A stretch of DNA of 64,000 bases, taken from the NCBI GenBank assembly GCA_965368975.1, contig CBDUPA010000002.1, forward strand, positions 64,001 to 128,000. Reading direction: 5' to 3'. A program made the position numbers and the translations under genes. The DNA is from an uncultured bacterium. GTDB taxonomy: Bacteria > Acidobacteriota > Thermoanaerobaculia > Multivoradales > JAHZIX01. Shown here piece after piece: positions 47,541 to 57,865 of the stretch (position 1 is its first letter; every line of letters begins with the position of its first letter). The notes beneath the pieces are model-generated. The model was not told the DNA's origin, made no database searches, and saw only the letters and a program-made list of their open reading frames with translations.

Positions 47541-49997
47541 ATGAAGCAGCTGTTCCAAGATCTCGTCTACGCCACCCGCATGCTGCGCAAGCGGCCCTGG
47601 GCCACCACTGTCGCCGTGCTGACGCTGGCCTTGGGCATCGGCGCCAACACCGCTATCTTCAGCGTCATCAGCGGCATCTTCCTGGAACCGATGCCGTTCC
47701 CCGAAGCTGAGCGTATCGTGGCCCTGGAGCGCGGCTACCCACAGGGCCGGGGTCCGAGCGTCTCCGAGCACAAGTACTTCTACTGGCGCCAGCAGAGCTC
47801 GTCTTTCCGCCACGTGGCGGTCTACGACTCGCTCGGCTCCGGCTTCAACCTGATCGGCGACGGCCGTCCCGAGCGTATCGCCGGCTCTCGTGTCAGCCAC
47901 GAATTCTTCGATGTCCTGGGCATTCGGCCCGCCCTCGGCCGCACCTTCCAAGCGACCGAGGATCTACCCGGCGGCCCACTGACCGTCATTCTCAGCGATG
48001 CCCTATGGAAGCGCCGTTTCGGCGCCGACACCGGCATCCTCGACCAGTCGATCGTACTCAACAACCGCTCGTACCAAGTCGTCGGCATCATGCCGCCGGG
48101 CCTGGAATACCCCGAGGGTGTCGAGTTGTGGACACCGCTGCAACTAAATCCCAACAGCGAAGAGTCCGGCCACTACCTGCTGTGCGCCGCTCGACTGGAA
48201 GACGGCGTGACGCTGGAACAAGCGCGCGCCGAGTTGGACGTCATCGGCCAGCGTTTCATCCACGAAGTCCTGGGCGAGACGGAGAGCCGGGAAAGCGTCG
48301 CCCTGACGCCACTGGTCGAGCAGCTCTATGGTGAACTACGCACGCCGTTCCTGGTCCTGATGGGTGTGGTGGTGCTGGTCCTACTGCTGGCCTGCGTCAA
48401 CGTCGCCAACTTGCAACTGGCGCGCGCCGCGGCACGCCGGCGCGAGATCGCCATCCGTACCACCCTCGGCGCTACTAGTAGTCGCATCACGCGTCAAATG
48501 CTCACCGAGAGTCTGCTGCTGGCCCTGCTCGGGGGCGGCGGCGGCCTGGTTCTGTGCGCGCTCAGCCTGCAGCCACTTCTGGCCTTGAGCCCGCAGCCCA
48601 TCCCGCGCGCCGACCAGATCGGCCTCGACCCGCGCGTCCTGCTCTTCACGCTCGTCATCGCCCTGGTCACGGGCTTGCTCTTCGGCCTGGCCCCAGCCCT
48701 GCAAACCCGCAAGCTGGATCTCAATGAGACGGTCAAGGAAGCCTCCACTGGATCCGGAGTCGGCGGTGGCAAGCGTAGCGGCCGTGGGCGCATGGCGCTG
48801 GTGGTCGCCGAGATCGCTTTGGCGCTCTTACCCATGCTCGGGGCTGGCTTGTTGATCAAGAGCTTCCTCGGTCTGCGCAACACCGATCCCGGTTTCGAGA
48901 CCGCCAGTGCCGTGCGCATGGCGCTATCGCTGTCCGAGAAGGACTACGCACACCCGCGTGCTCTCGACCAACTGCAGCGTGAGCTGATCCCGCAGCTCGA
49001 AGCCCTGCCCGGAGTCGACAGCGCCACGCTGGCGGTCGCCCTGCCGAATCAGATCGGCATGGACCTCCCCTTCAGCATCGACGGCCGCGATGGGGACGAC
49101 GCGGTCGTCGGCGGTCCGCAGTACCGACCGGTATCGCCGCACTACTTGGAAGCCATGGGCATCGAGTTGCTCCAGGGCCGTCCTTTCGACTTCCGCGACG
49201 GTGCCGACGCACCCCCCGTAGCACTGATCAACCAGCAGCTGGCCGACCTCGCCTGGCCCGAAGGCGACGCCATTGGAGCCCGCATCCGTATCGGTGCTGG
49301 CATGGGTAACACCCAGATGGGGGACACCAAAGGCCGCGAGATCGTCGGCATCGTCAGCGACGTGCGCGAGACCGGCCTGCAACGTCCTGTCCCGCCGGTA
49401 CTCTACGTGCCGCTACCGCAGATGTCGGAACGCCTGACCGCGATGGCGATCAGCATGCTACCGATGCAGCTGGCCGTGCGTGGCCAGGGCGCCCTGATGC
49501 CCTTGGCACGCAGCGTCCAGGAAGAAATCTGGGTCTACGATCCCGACCAGCCGGTCACCGACATCCAGACCCTCGACGCCTTGGTCTCTGACTCGATCGG
49601 CAACGAGCAGTTCCACATGACCCTACTCGGCATCCTCGCCGGCCTCGCGCTGTTGCTCGCCGGCGTCGGCATCTACAGCGTGCTCGCCTACCTGGTCGGC
49701 CAGCGCACGCGCGAGATCGGCATCCGCATGGCCCTCGGCGCCAGCACCCGTCGTGTCTCCCAGATGGTACTGCGCCAGGGACTGTGGGCGGTCGCCCTCG
49801 GCCTCGCCCTCGGCCTCGGTGGTGCCATCGTCGCCACCCGCGTGCTAGCCAGTCTGGTGGTCGGGGTCAGCACGACGGATCCGTTGATCTTCAGCGGCGT
49901 CTCACTGGTCCTCCTGGTCATCGCCCTGCTGGCCATGATCCTGCCGGCTCGCCGAGCGTCGAAGGTCGATCCGCTAGTCGCGCTCCGCTTCGAGTAA
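47541..49997 (+). CDS. ADOP-type duplicated ABC permease (MacB/FtsX)
   Basis: QDLVYATRMLRKRP, TLALGIGANTAIFS, LLACVNVANL, REIAIR, RTREIGIRMALGA, PARRASKVDPLVALRFE; no ATPase gene adjacent. Confidence 0.93.
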   Translation: MKQLFQDLVYATRMLRKRPWATTVAVLTLALGIGANTAIFSVISGIFLEPMPFPEAERIVALERGYPQGRGPSVSEHKYFYWRQQSSSFRHVAVYDSLGSGFNLIGDGRPERIAGSRVSHEFFDVLGIRPALGRTFQATEDLPGGPLTVILSDALWKRRFGADTGILDQSIVLNNRSYQVVGIMPPGLEYPEGVELWTPLQLNPNSEESGHYLLCAARLEDGVTLEQARAELDVIGQRFIHEVLGETESRESVALTPLVEQLYGELRTPFLVLMGVVVLVLLLACVNVANLQLARAAARRREIAIRTTLGATSSRITRQMLTESLLLALLGGGGGLVLCALSLQPLLALSPQPIPRADQIGLDPRVLLFTLVIALVTGLLFGLAPALQTRKLDLNETVKEASTGSGVGGGKRSGRGRMALVVAEIALALLPMLGAGLLIKSFLGLRNTDPGFETASAVRMALSLSEKDYAHPRALDQLQRELIPQLEALPGVDSATLAVALPNQIGMDLPFSIDGRDGDDAVVGGPQYRPVSPHYLEAMGIELLQGRPFDFRDGADAPPVALINQQLADLAWPEGDAIGARIRIGAGMGNTQMGDTKGREIVGIVSDVRETGLQRPVPPVLYVPLPQMSERLTAMAISMLPMQLAVRGQGALMPLARSVQEEIWVYDPDQPVTDIQTLDALVSDSIGNEQFHMTLLGILAGLALLLAGVGIYSVLAYLVGQRTREIGIRMALGASTRRVSQMVLRQGLWAVALGLALGLGGAIVATRVLASLVVGVSTTDPLIFSGVSLVLLVIALLAMILPARRASKVDPLVALRFE

Positions 49998-50051
49998 GAG
50001 CCTGGCTTCGAGTACGAGGCCAGAGATTTGGAGGACAGCAGGAACAACTCG

Positions 50052-51878
50052 TCAGCGCGGCTCGAGAACCTCCGCATGCCCCGGACCGCGACGATCACGC
50101 GCTCCCTCCAGGCTACCGTCAGCATGACGCCGGGCGGCCTGGATCTTGGGCACATGCTCGGACGGCACCAGCTCGTGACCACGACGCGCGAGTTCGGCTT
50201 GGGCCTCGGCGTCGAGGGTTCCCTCTTCGAACTCGACGCGATCAGGCAACCATTGGTGGTGCAGACGGGGACGGCTCACAGCCTCCTGGAGCGACAAGTC
50301 GTCGATCAACACGCCGAGCAATACTTGCAGCGTGCCCGTCGGGATACGCGAGCCACCGCGGCCTCCGATGACGATGAGTTCGTCCTGCTTGACTCCTTCG
50401 TTCGCACTCTCGACGGGGCGCCAAGCGACCGTCGGGCTCATCGATGACAGCATGCGCTTGCCGGGGCGAACCATGTTCGCCTCACCCTGGATCAGACCGT
50501 AGAAGTTGGGACGGCCCGGAGCGGTGGCGAAGTCGTCCATCTGGTTGTTCAGAAAGCCAACCTCGGGCACGTAGAGACCGCTGCCGAAGTAGTCGTTGAG
50601 GGTGGTCGTGAGCGCCACCGCATTGCCCTCGGCATCGATGACCGAAAGGTGCGTTGTCTCTGTCGACTCCTGCTGGGCAGATGCACCCAGGCTTTCCTCC
50701 CCCGGCCACCACGGCACGGCGGTCGACTCAGTGGCTGTGGATCGCGAGATCGACGCCTGACGACGCTGCAACCACTCGGCAGCAAGGAGCTGGTCGGGTT
50801 GGGCACCAGTCGTATCCGGATCACCGAGCAGGTAGCGGTCGGCAAAGCTGACGCGGAGCACTTCGCTGAGCACGTGCGCACGTTCGACGCTGCCGACCGG
50901 CAGCGATTCCCAATCCAGTGCATCGAGCAGTTGCAAGCTCTGGCCCAGAATGACGCCACCTGACGACGGCAGCGACATCGACGCAAAGTGCCAGCCAAAG
51001 GCTTCGAACTGCACTGGTTCGCGCCAGACAGCACGGTAGTTCTTCAAGTCGTCGAGCGTCAAGATGCCGCCATACCTCTGCGACGCCGCGACAATGGCCT
51101 CACCCGCTGGACCAGCGGTGATGCCTTCGGGACCGTGCTCGGCGTAAGCGTCGAGAGTCGGGATCATGCGCCGCTGCGCGACACGCTGGCCGAGCTTCAG
51201 AGGGCCACCACCCCACAGCCATGGATCCTCGTTCTCAGGGAAGCGAGCCAGCGTCTCGTGCTTCTTGGTCAGTCGCTCGTGCAGGTTGCCATCGACAATG
51301 AAGCCATGGTGCGCGATGTAGCGAGCGGGAGCGATGACATCCGGCCAGGGAAGGCGCCCGAAGCGCTCGTGCAGACGATAGAGCCCGTCCGGTGTGCCGG
51401 GAACTCCCGTAGCCAGCGGACCAACGCGCGAAGCCTTTGTGATCGGCTCACCGTCGGCGTCGAGGTACATCGTCGCCGACGCACCGGCGGGTGCGACCTC
51501 GCGAAAATCGAGGCTGTAGAGCACACCGTCGACGCGTAGCACCGCGAAGCCGCCACCTGCGAGGTTGCCGGCCTCGGGAAAGACGACCGCCAGCGCCAGC
51601 GCCGTGCCTACTGCCGCATCGATGGCATTGCCGCCCTGGCGCAGCAGCTGTAAGCCAGCGTCGGTGGCCATCAGGTGCTCTGAGGCGACCACACCGCCCA
51701 GCCTCGTTTGCTCGGCGGCGGGCACCTCCGGTGCCGGAGCTACGTCACCCCGCACCGGTGCTTGGGGTGTCACCGGCGGATCTGCCCACGTCGGCCCCCA
51801 CGTCGAAGCGCCCGCCAGCAGCAAGAGCGTCCACAGAAGAACTCCCGGTACCCGAGAAACGCGCGACATCCAGCTCAT
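50052..51878 (-). CDS. ggt: Gamma-glutamyltransferase
   Basis: GGNAIDAAV, DFREVAP, GVPG, PSSGG, ETTHLSVID, LNNQMDDF, PGKRMLSSMSP, GGRGGSRI, PRLHHQW. Confidence 0.95.
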   Translation of the reverse strand: MSWMSRVSRVPGVLLWTLLLLAGASTWGPTWADPPVTPQAPVRGDVAPAPEVPAAEQTRLGGVVASEHLMATDAGLQLLRQGGNAIDAAVGTALALAVVFPEAGNLAGGGFAVLRVDGVLYSLDFREVAPAGASATMYLDADGEPITKASRVGPLATGVPGTPDGLYRLHERFGRLPWPDVIAPARYIAHHGFIVDGNLHERLTKKHETLARFPENEDPWLWGGGPLKLGQRVAQRRMIPTLDAYAEHGPEGITAGPAGEAIVAASQRYGGILTLDDLKNYRAVWREPVQFEAFGWHFASMSLPSSGGVILGQSLQLLDALDWESLPVGSVERAHVLSEVLRVSFADRYLLGDPDTTGAQPDQLLAAEWLQRRQASISRSTATESTAVPWWPGEESLGASAQQESTETTHLSVIDAEGNAVALTTTLNDYFGSGLYVPEVGFLNNQMDDFATAPGRPNFYGLIQGEANMVRPGKRMLSSMSPTVAWRPVESANEGVKQDELIVIGGRGGSRIPTGTLQVLLGVLIDDLSLQEAVSRPRLHHQWLPDRVEFEEGTLDAEAQAELARRGHELVPSEHVPKIQAARRHADGSLEGARDRRGPGHAEVLEPR

Positions 51879-52005
51879 CTTCAATCTCCTCAATCTCAGC
51901 TTCGACCTGCTCGGGTCAATCGACCCGTCTACATACCGTCAGCATTCTACAGCTGCCGTACAATGCTCGTCGCCACACCTACCCGACGCTGCCGAGGAGA
52001 CACTC

Positions 52006-52803
52006 ATGCTACGAACACTCGCTACTCTCACGCTATCGATTCTCGCCACCACCGCGGTGTTACCGGTACAGGATGCCACCGCATCCAGCAGCGCGCTTCC
52101 CAGCGCCGACGAAGTCCTACAGCGCTCGATCGCCTACCACGACCCGGACGGTCTGTGGTTCGAGTCGACCTGGCGCCTGACGCTGCGCGAGACACGTCCG
52201 AGCGGTCCTGACCGGCATTCCACCGTCGTCATCGACTATCCCGACAACCGCTTCGAGCTCGAGCAGCGGGTAACAGTCGAGGAGATCGAGTACAACCTTG
52301 AACAGCGGGTGGACTCCGACGGCAGCTGCACCTTTCGCGTCGACGGCTCGACGGATATCTCGGACGCCCAGCGAGAGAAGCTGCGCTTGAACTGCGAGCG
52401 CCTGAGCCTGCTGCGTAACTACTACACCTACCTGTGGGGCCTGCCGATGAAGCTGCGCGACCCGGGAACGCGCATCGACCCCGAGGTGAAGGCCCAGGGC
52501 TTCGAAGACGTGCCGGTCTACTCACTACGCGTCACCTATGACGAAGCCGTCGGCAGCGACATCTGGTATTTCTACTTCCGGCGTGACGACTACGCTCTGA
52601 TCGGCTACCGCTTCTACCACGACGAAGCCGCCAACGACGGCGAGGTGATCCAGCTGGCGCACGAACTCGACGCCCGGAGTGAGGCAGGTTTGTGCCTGCC
52701 CAAGGAACGCGCCTGGTTCACCCACGGCGAGGGTCGCTTCCTGGGCACCGACATCCTGGTCGACATCGAGCGACTGAACACCGCTGCGGGCGGAGGCGAG
52801 TAA
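52006..52803 (+). CDS. Secreted DUF6503-like protein
   Basis: Signal peptide; LQRSIAYHDPDGLW, RNYYTYLWGLPMKLRDPG, VTYDEAVGSDIWYFYF. Confidence 0.75.
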   Translation: MLRTLATLTLSILATTAVLPVQDATASSSALPSADEVLQRSIAYHDPDGLWFESTWRLTLRETRPSGPDRHSTVVIDYPDNRFELEQRVTVEEIEYNLEQRVDSDGSCTFRVDGSTDISDAQREKLRLNCERLSLLRNYYTYLWGLPMKLRDPGTRIDPEVKAQGFEDVPVYSLRVTYDEAVGSDIWYFYFRRDDYALIGYRFYHDEAANDGEVIQLAHELDARSEAGLCLPKERAWFTHGEGRFLGTDILVDIERLNTAAGGGE

Positions 52804-53243
52804 TGCGCGACCTGTACACCATCTTCGTCGAGATCCCCGTGCAGTGGGGCGACATGGACTCTGTCGGTCACGTCAACAACGCTCGCTACTTCACCTATTG
52901 CGAGAGCGCCCGCATCCGGTTCTTCGAAGAGGTAGGACTGCCTGAGCACTGGAGTCAGCAGCAGGGGCCGGCCCTGGTGTCCGCAAGCTGCAACTTCTAT
53001 CGCCAGGTCCACTACCCAGCGCAGCTGGAAGTCGGCGTGCGTGCGATCAAGGTCGGCAAGAGTAGCTTCACCCTGGAGTATGCATTGTTTCGGGTCGACG
53101 AGAAGGCAGCGAAGAGGTCGAACGCGACGGAAGACCTCGTTGCGCAGGGCGAGTCGGTTGTGGTGTGGGTCGACTTTGAAGAGGGGAAGTCCAAGCCGCT
53201 GCCGGAGGAGCTGCGGGGGAGGATCGAGGCGGGGTGCTCCTAG
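52803..53243 (+). CDS. Acyl-CoA thioesterase (4HBT/hotdog)
   Basis: VQWGDMDSVGHVNNARYFTYCESAR; TAATG overlap with upstream stop. Confidence 0.9.
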   Translation: MRDLYTIFVEIPVQWGDMDSVGHVNNARYFTYCESARIRFFEEVGLPEHWSQQQGPALVSASCNFYRQVHYPAQLEVGVRAIKVGKSSFTLEYALFRVDEKAAKRSNATEDLVAQGESVVVWVDFEEGKSKPLPEELRGRIEAGCS

Positions 53244-53316
53244 CGCGTCCGATCTGCGACCAGAACGCGGGGCTCGACACTCCGCCGGCCCCGCGATCCT
53301 GGTCCGCACCGCCGGC

Positions 53317-53634
53317 CTACGACTTCGTGAAGACACTGGCTCCAAAGCCCGAGCCCCTCGCGTCAGACTTGGTCAGCGTCTTGCCGTCATTGCTGATCTC
53401 GAGATTGAATGTGCCCGAGCCCTGATTCTGCACGTTCGGCAGATCGGCCCACGTCACCTTGATCTGGTTGCCACTGACGGTGCCGTAGGCCACGTTGCCC
53501 CAGGTGTCGTCGTCCTTCGGGGGTTCGCCGTGCCAGAGAATGACGTTCTCTGCGCCGATCGTCACCTCGCGGATGTAGTAGTTGCCGGTCGTCGTCGATC
53601 CGTTGGACGTGGTCCAGGTTCCTGAGAGGCTCAT
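53317..53634 (-). CDS. Small all-beta hypothetical protein
   Basis: AAGGAG RBS; LSGTW...GNYYIRE...WHGE...WGNVAYGTV...TWADLP...GFGASVF. Confidence 0.75.
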   Translation of the reverse strand: MSLSGTWTTSNGSTTTGNYYIREVTIGAENVILWHGEPPKDDDTWGNVAYGTVSGNQIKVTWADLPNVQNQGSGTFNLEISNDGKTLTKSDARGSGFGASVFTKS

Positions 53635-53846
53635 GATGATTCTCCTTCTGAAGATCGTTGTGAGTGTTCGATGGCGCGATGACGCCGTCGCTGTCCTTCA
53701 CTCACACCATCGGGAACCACTGCCAGTAGGAGACATGCGAAATCGAAGTTTTTTCGCGCCCCGTTTCCTTGGCTTCGATCCAACGAGAAATGCCGCCTCG
53801 CGGCGGCATTGGTACCCAAGATCGAGCCGACGGCTGAGGCAGCCTG

Positions 53847-54305
53847 TCACCCCGGAGGATCGGTGACCGGATCGTTGTAGATCCTGGGATCGTCGTGCAC
53901 GACCTCACCGCTGGCGAGCCGGACGAAAATCCGATACCGAGCGTACGACGACGTGGCGCCGTCGGCGGCACCGTAGGAGAGAGCCAGCTTCACCGAGTTG
54001 GCGACCGCGTCGGAGTCCGTGGGCCAAGGCTTCGGAGACAGCGCCTCGAGGTTGCAAGCTCGGAGCTTCGACTTCGATGCCCAGTGACTCTCCGAGAGTT
54101 CCTGGTTCCCTGGACACACGTCGAAGCCGGCGAACTGCTGGTCCCCTTTGACTAGTTTGACCTCGAAAGTTCCACTACCCTGGCTCATGGGAGGCGTGAT
54201 CGAGCCATCCGTGCTCAAAGCCCAGTCCCCGGTGGCACCCGGGGCGGAGCTGTAGGTGAAGGTACCGTTGGCATCGACATCGACCATGATGATCAGTTCA
54301 GACAT
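53847..54305 (-). CDS. Small beta-rich protein with C-terminal DP motif (DP-EP-like)
   Basis: AAAGGAG RBS; 152 aa; ends RYRIFVRLASGEVVHDDPRIYNDPVTDPPG. Confidence 0.65.
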   Translation of the reverse strand: MSELIIMVDVDANGTFTYSSAPGATGDWALSTDGSITPPMSQGSGTFEVKLVKGDQQFAGFDVCPGNQELSESHWASKSKLRACNLEALSPKPWPTDSDAVANSVKLALSYGAADGATSSYARYRIFVRLASGEVVHDDPRIYNDPVTDPPG

Positions 54306-54404
54306 GGGATTCTCCTTTCCTGGTTCTCGACTCTCTGCTTCTACAGGCGTGTACCACTGTCACCTACTACATCGTGGAACGCCGGGAGGCGGAGACACCG
54401 AGGC

Positions 54405-57068
54405 TCAACTTCCGGTACGCCAAGGACACAGGGCTTCGAGTCCTGGCTCGTTATAGGCCAGCGCCGCCAGCCGAGCACGGGCCGGCTCGGCGCCGTCGAG
54501 CCGGCCGAGGCAGCTGCAGGCCGCTACCCACGGCGCCACCAACCGCGGGTCCCGACTCTCTCGGGCAAATGCGGCGATGGAGGATTCAGCGCGCTCGAAG
54601 GCGGACTCGGCGGCAGCGCTCTCGCCTTCGAAGCTGCCGAGCAGAAGCAGGCTCTTGCTCAGCCAGCGATGGACCAAGCGATGCCTCGGTTGCTGTGCGG
54701 CGACACCTTCGAGGATCCGCACTGCCTCGAGCGCCGTGCCACGCGCCCCGGCATCGCCACGTCGTCGCTGCAGCAGAGCCCGATGATGCAGGCACACGGC
54801 CCGCGTCCAGCGCCACTTGGGTAGCAGCGGGTCCAGGTCGAGCAAGGAGTCGATCTCCCAGCAGCCGTTCTGTAAGGCCGCGGTCGCTGACGCCTGGTCG
54901 TCCTGGGCCAGGGCGGTCCGGGTGAGTTCCAGGTGACTCCAGGTCAACTTGAAGCGCCAGCTGGTGTTCGCCTGATCGTACGCCACCAGGTCGGTGAAGA
55001 TGTCTCGCTGCGACAGGAAGTGTTCCCGCGCGGCGGACCAGTCTCCCAGCATGGAGGAGTGGATACCCACCTGTCCGTGACTGGCGCCGAGGAAGTCTCT
55101 GCTGCGGGGGTCCTCGGAAGTCTCCTCGACGAGCGCGCGTCGGATCCCGAGTTCCGCGTGCAAGTGCTCACCGGCCTCTTCGAGACGCCCCAGGCTCAGC
55201 AGCAGGACGCCCACGGTATTGTGCGCTGCCGCCAGGTCCGCGCGCGCATCGGGCGCCGGATCGGAAGCTACCAGCTGCTGATCGAGCGTTAGAGTGGTGC
55301 GGAACTCCTCCAGTGCTCCTTCAAGGTCGCCCTCGGCTTCGAGCAGCGAGCCGAGATTGCTGTGGGCATGTGCCAGTTCGCGCTGCCAGTCCTGGTTGCT
55401 CGGCTCTCGTGCCACGACCTGCTTCGAAATTTCCAGGTACGCTTCCAGGGGACTGCGTGCCGCCGCCAGGTCTCCGCGCTGCCAGGCCACGTAGCCGACC
55501 CAGAAGTACGCCTGCCCCAGCTCGAACAAACGCTCGTTGTCGTCCGGCCACAGCTTTGACAGGCGCTCGGCGAGCGCCAACGACTCGGCCATCGGTCCGG
55601 CCGCGCCGTCGACATCGCCCTGGGTGATACGCACCTGACCGATCTGGCACAGCATGCGAGAGCGCCGCAGCAGTTCATCTTCGCTCAACTCTTCCGGTGG
55701 AACCGCGGCGAAGTACTTGACGGCTGCGTCCCCGACGTCGTCCAGGATGTCCAGACGTCGCAGGTCGTCCAGCTTGTCGTGCAGGTCCACCACCATGAAG
55801 CGGATCAACTCCTCGGCTTGCTGCTGGCGCGCCTCCGCGCGTTGCCGCGCCACGTCCACTCGCCAGGCCAGCACCGCGATCACCACGGACGAGACCACCA
55901 GCACCGCCAGCGCCAGCGCCCCCATGCCCACCAGCAGCCGGTGGCGCACCGCGAAGCGCGTCAGGCGATACGCCAGCCCGGCGGTGTAGGCCTCCACGAT
56001 CTCGCCGTCCAGATACCGCTGCAGGTCGGCCGCCACTGCCCGGGCCGACGTATACCGCTGCTCGGGCGCGCGCGCTATGCAGCACAGGATGATCGCTTCC
56101 AGCTCGGAGGGTAGAGTCGATATCACCTGGCGTGGCGGCGGTGGCTCACTCTCGACGACCTGGCGCAAGACCTGGAGCGTATTCTGTGCCGGAAACGGAA
56201 GTCGACCGGTCAACAGCCGGTACAGCATCATGCCCAAGCTGTAGACGTCCGCCCGACGATCGATCACGGAGTGCTCCGTCGAGCCCCCAACCACAAGTCG
56301 CTCCGGGGCGATGTACTGTGGCGTTCCGCCAGCCGAATCGGTGGTCGCGCCACCTTCACGGTTCAGCTCGACGGCGAGCCCGAAGTCGGTCACCAGCGCC
56401 TTGAGCTCCCCATCCGCCGTGCGGTCCACCAGGACGTTCGACGGCTTGACGTCGCCGTGCAACAAACCTTCCCGATGGGCGGCATGCAACCCTTCCGCGG
56501 CCTGGATCAACAACCTCACCTTGGCTTCCAGCGATAGCTCGGCCTCGATGTCCTCGAGCGTGCCGGCAGTCACCCGCTGCATGGAGATGAACGGGTGACC
56601 GTCGAGTTCCCCGTTGTCGTAGATCTCGAGCACATGCTCGTGCCGGATCCGCGCCTGCGCGCGCGCCTCGGCGAGAAAGGAGCGCACGATGTCCGGATCT
56701 TCGTGGGTCAGCAACTTCAGCGCCACCGTGCGTTCGAGCTGGCGGTCGAACGCCTCGAACACGCGGCCCATACCGCCCTTGCCCAGGCACGGCCCGAGGT
56801 CGTACCGCTCCTCGACCGGCATGGCGGCCGCCGACGCCAGCGTGGCGGGCTCCACCGAGTCCGACTGCAGCCGTGTCGCTGCGGGTGTCTCGAGAAACGA
56901 GTCCGTGAGGTCGCCGACAGCTTCGAGTCGCTGCCGCACCGCCTCGGCCAATTCCAGCTCCTCGAGCGCGAGATCCTGCAGATACGCCTCGCGTGGCTCC
57001 GACTCCAGCTCCGCCGCTGTCATTACAGCCTCGGTGAGCCGCAGCTCGGTTGCCGTCCCCGGCTTCAT
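54405..57068 (-). CDS. Transmembrane Ser/Thr kinase (non-RD) with TPR C-terminus
   Basis: ATGA overlap with ECF stop; LGKGGMG, VALK, HGDVKPSN, DFG, GTPQYIAPE; TM LLVGMGALALAVLVVSSVVIAVLAW; TPRs. Confidence 0.93.
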   Translation of the reverse strand: MKPGTATELRLTEAVMTAAELESEPREAYLQDLALEELELAEAVRQRLEAVGDLTDSFLETPAATRLQSDSVEPATLASAAAMPVEERYDLGPCLGKGGMGRVFEAFDRQLERTVALKLLTHEDPDIVRSFLAEARAQARIRHEHVLEIYDNGELDGHPFISMQRVTAGTLEDIEAELSLEAKVRLLIQAAEGLHAAHREGLLHGDVKPSNVLVDRTADGELKALVTDFGLAVELNREGGATTDSAGGTPQYIAPERLVVGGSTEHSVIDRRADVYSLGMMLYRLLTGRLPFPAQNTLQVLRQVVESEPPPPRQVISTLPSELEAIILCCIARAPEQRYTSARAVAADLQRYLDGEIVEAYTAGLAYRLTRFAVRHRLLVGMGALALAVLVVSSVVIAVLAWRVDVARQRAEARQQQAEELIRFMVVDLHDKLDDLRRLDILDDVGDAAVKYFAAVPPEELSEDELLRRSRMLCQIGQVRITQGDVDGAAGPMAESLALAERLSKLWPDDNERLFELGQAYFWVGYVAWQRGDLAAARSPLEAYLEISKQVVAREPSNQDWQRELAHAHSNLGSLLEAEGDLEGALEEFRTTLTLDQQLVASDPAPDARADLAAAHNTVGVLLLSLGRLEEAGEHLHAELGIRRALVEETSEDPRSRDFLGASHGQVGIHSSMLGDWSAAREHFLSQRDIFTDLVAYDQANTSWRFKLTWSHLELTRTALAQDDQASATAALQNGCWEIDSLLDLDPLLPKWRWTRAVCLHHRALLQRRRGDAGARGTALEAVRILEGVAAQQPRHRLVHRWLSKSLLLLGSFEGESAAAESAFERAESSIAAFARESRDPRLVAPWVAACSCLGRLDGAEPARARLAALAYNEPGLEALCPWRTGS

Positions 57069-57670
57069 CCCGCCTGCCGCAGTTCGCCGTGGAGCCAGAC
57101 GCGCACCGTCTTCCAGTCCCGCACCACCGTCCGCGTCGTGACGTCCAGAATCTCGGCCGCCTCCTCCACCGACAACCCCGCGAAGTAACGCAGCTCCACC
57201 AGCTTCGCGTGGCGCGGGCGTACTTCGCTCAGCTTGTTCAGGGCCTGGTGCACGCCCAGTACTTCTTCGGGTCGCAGCGTCAGTGGATCGGCCACCTCCG
57301 GCAGCGCTTCCCCCAAGCTCCTGACCTGCCCCGCCCCTCGTTTCCCCGCCAGCTGCCGCCGCGCCTCGTCCGCCAACACGAACCGCATCGCCCGCGCCGC
57401 CACGGCGAAGAAGTGACGCCGATCGTTCCACTCCACATCGTTGCCGAGCAGCCGCAAGTACGCTAGGTGCACCAAGCTGGTCACCTGCATACCCGACCGC
57501 CGACCGCGACTGCGCAGAATGCCGCCGGCCAACTTCTTCAGCTCACCGTAGAGCGCCGCCCAGAGGCGATCCGGAACCTCAGCGTCGCCGCCGCTGTGCC
57601 AAGCACGCAGTAGGCGCGTGATCTCACCCGGAGCCTGGGGAGCAGGGCTGTCACCTTCAGTAGATCGCAT
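57065..57670 (-). CDS. Kinase-associated ECF sigma factor (TIGR02999/ECF43-like)
   Basis: EITRLLRAW, YGELKKLA, QVTSLVHLAYLRL, DRRHFFAVAARAMR, KRG, VELRYFAGLSVEEAA, TVVRDW. Confidence 0.92.
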   Translation of the reverse strand: MRSTEGDSPAPQAPGEITRLLRAWHSGGDAEVPDRLWAALYGELKKLAGGILRSRGRRSGMQVTSLVHLAYLRLLGNDVEWNDRRHFFAVAARAMRFVLADEARRQLAGKRGAGQVRSLGEALPEVADPLTLRPEEVLGVHQALNKLSEVRPRHAKLVELRYFAGLSVEEAAEILDVTTRTVVRDWKTVRVWLHGELRQAG

Positions 57671-57865
57671 GAGCAAGAGTGATGCGCCAGAGCGCCTCGT
57701 GCCGGCGGTTGCAGGTCATCAGAAATAACGGGAGACGCATGAAAGCATAGCAGAGACAACGCCGCAGAGATTCGGAAGGCTGACCCGCGGCAATGCCCCT
57801 CAAGCCCGATGGCTCGAATTGGCTTCCTTCGTTGGGGGCTGGCCGTCGAACGTCGTCCCCAGTGG

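Noticed and set aside
47541-49997. ABC permease without ATPase as a novelty
   Set aside because: Known property of the acidobacterial duplicated orphan permease family.
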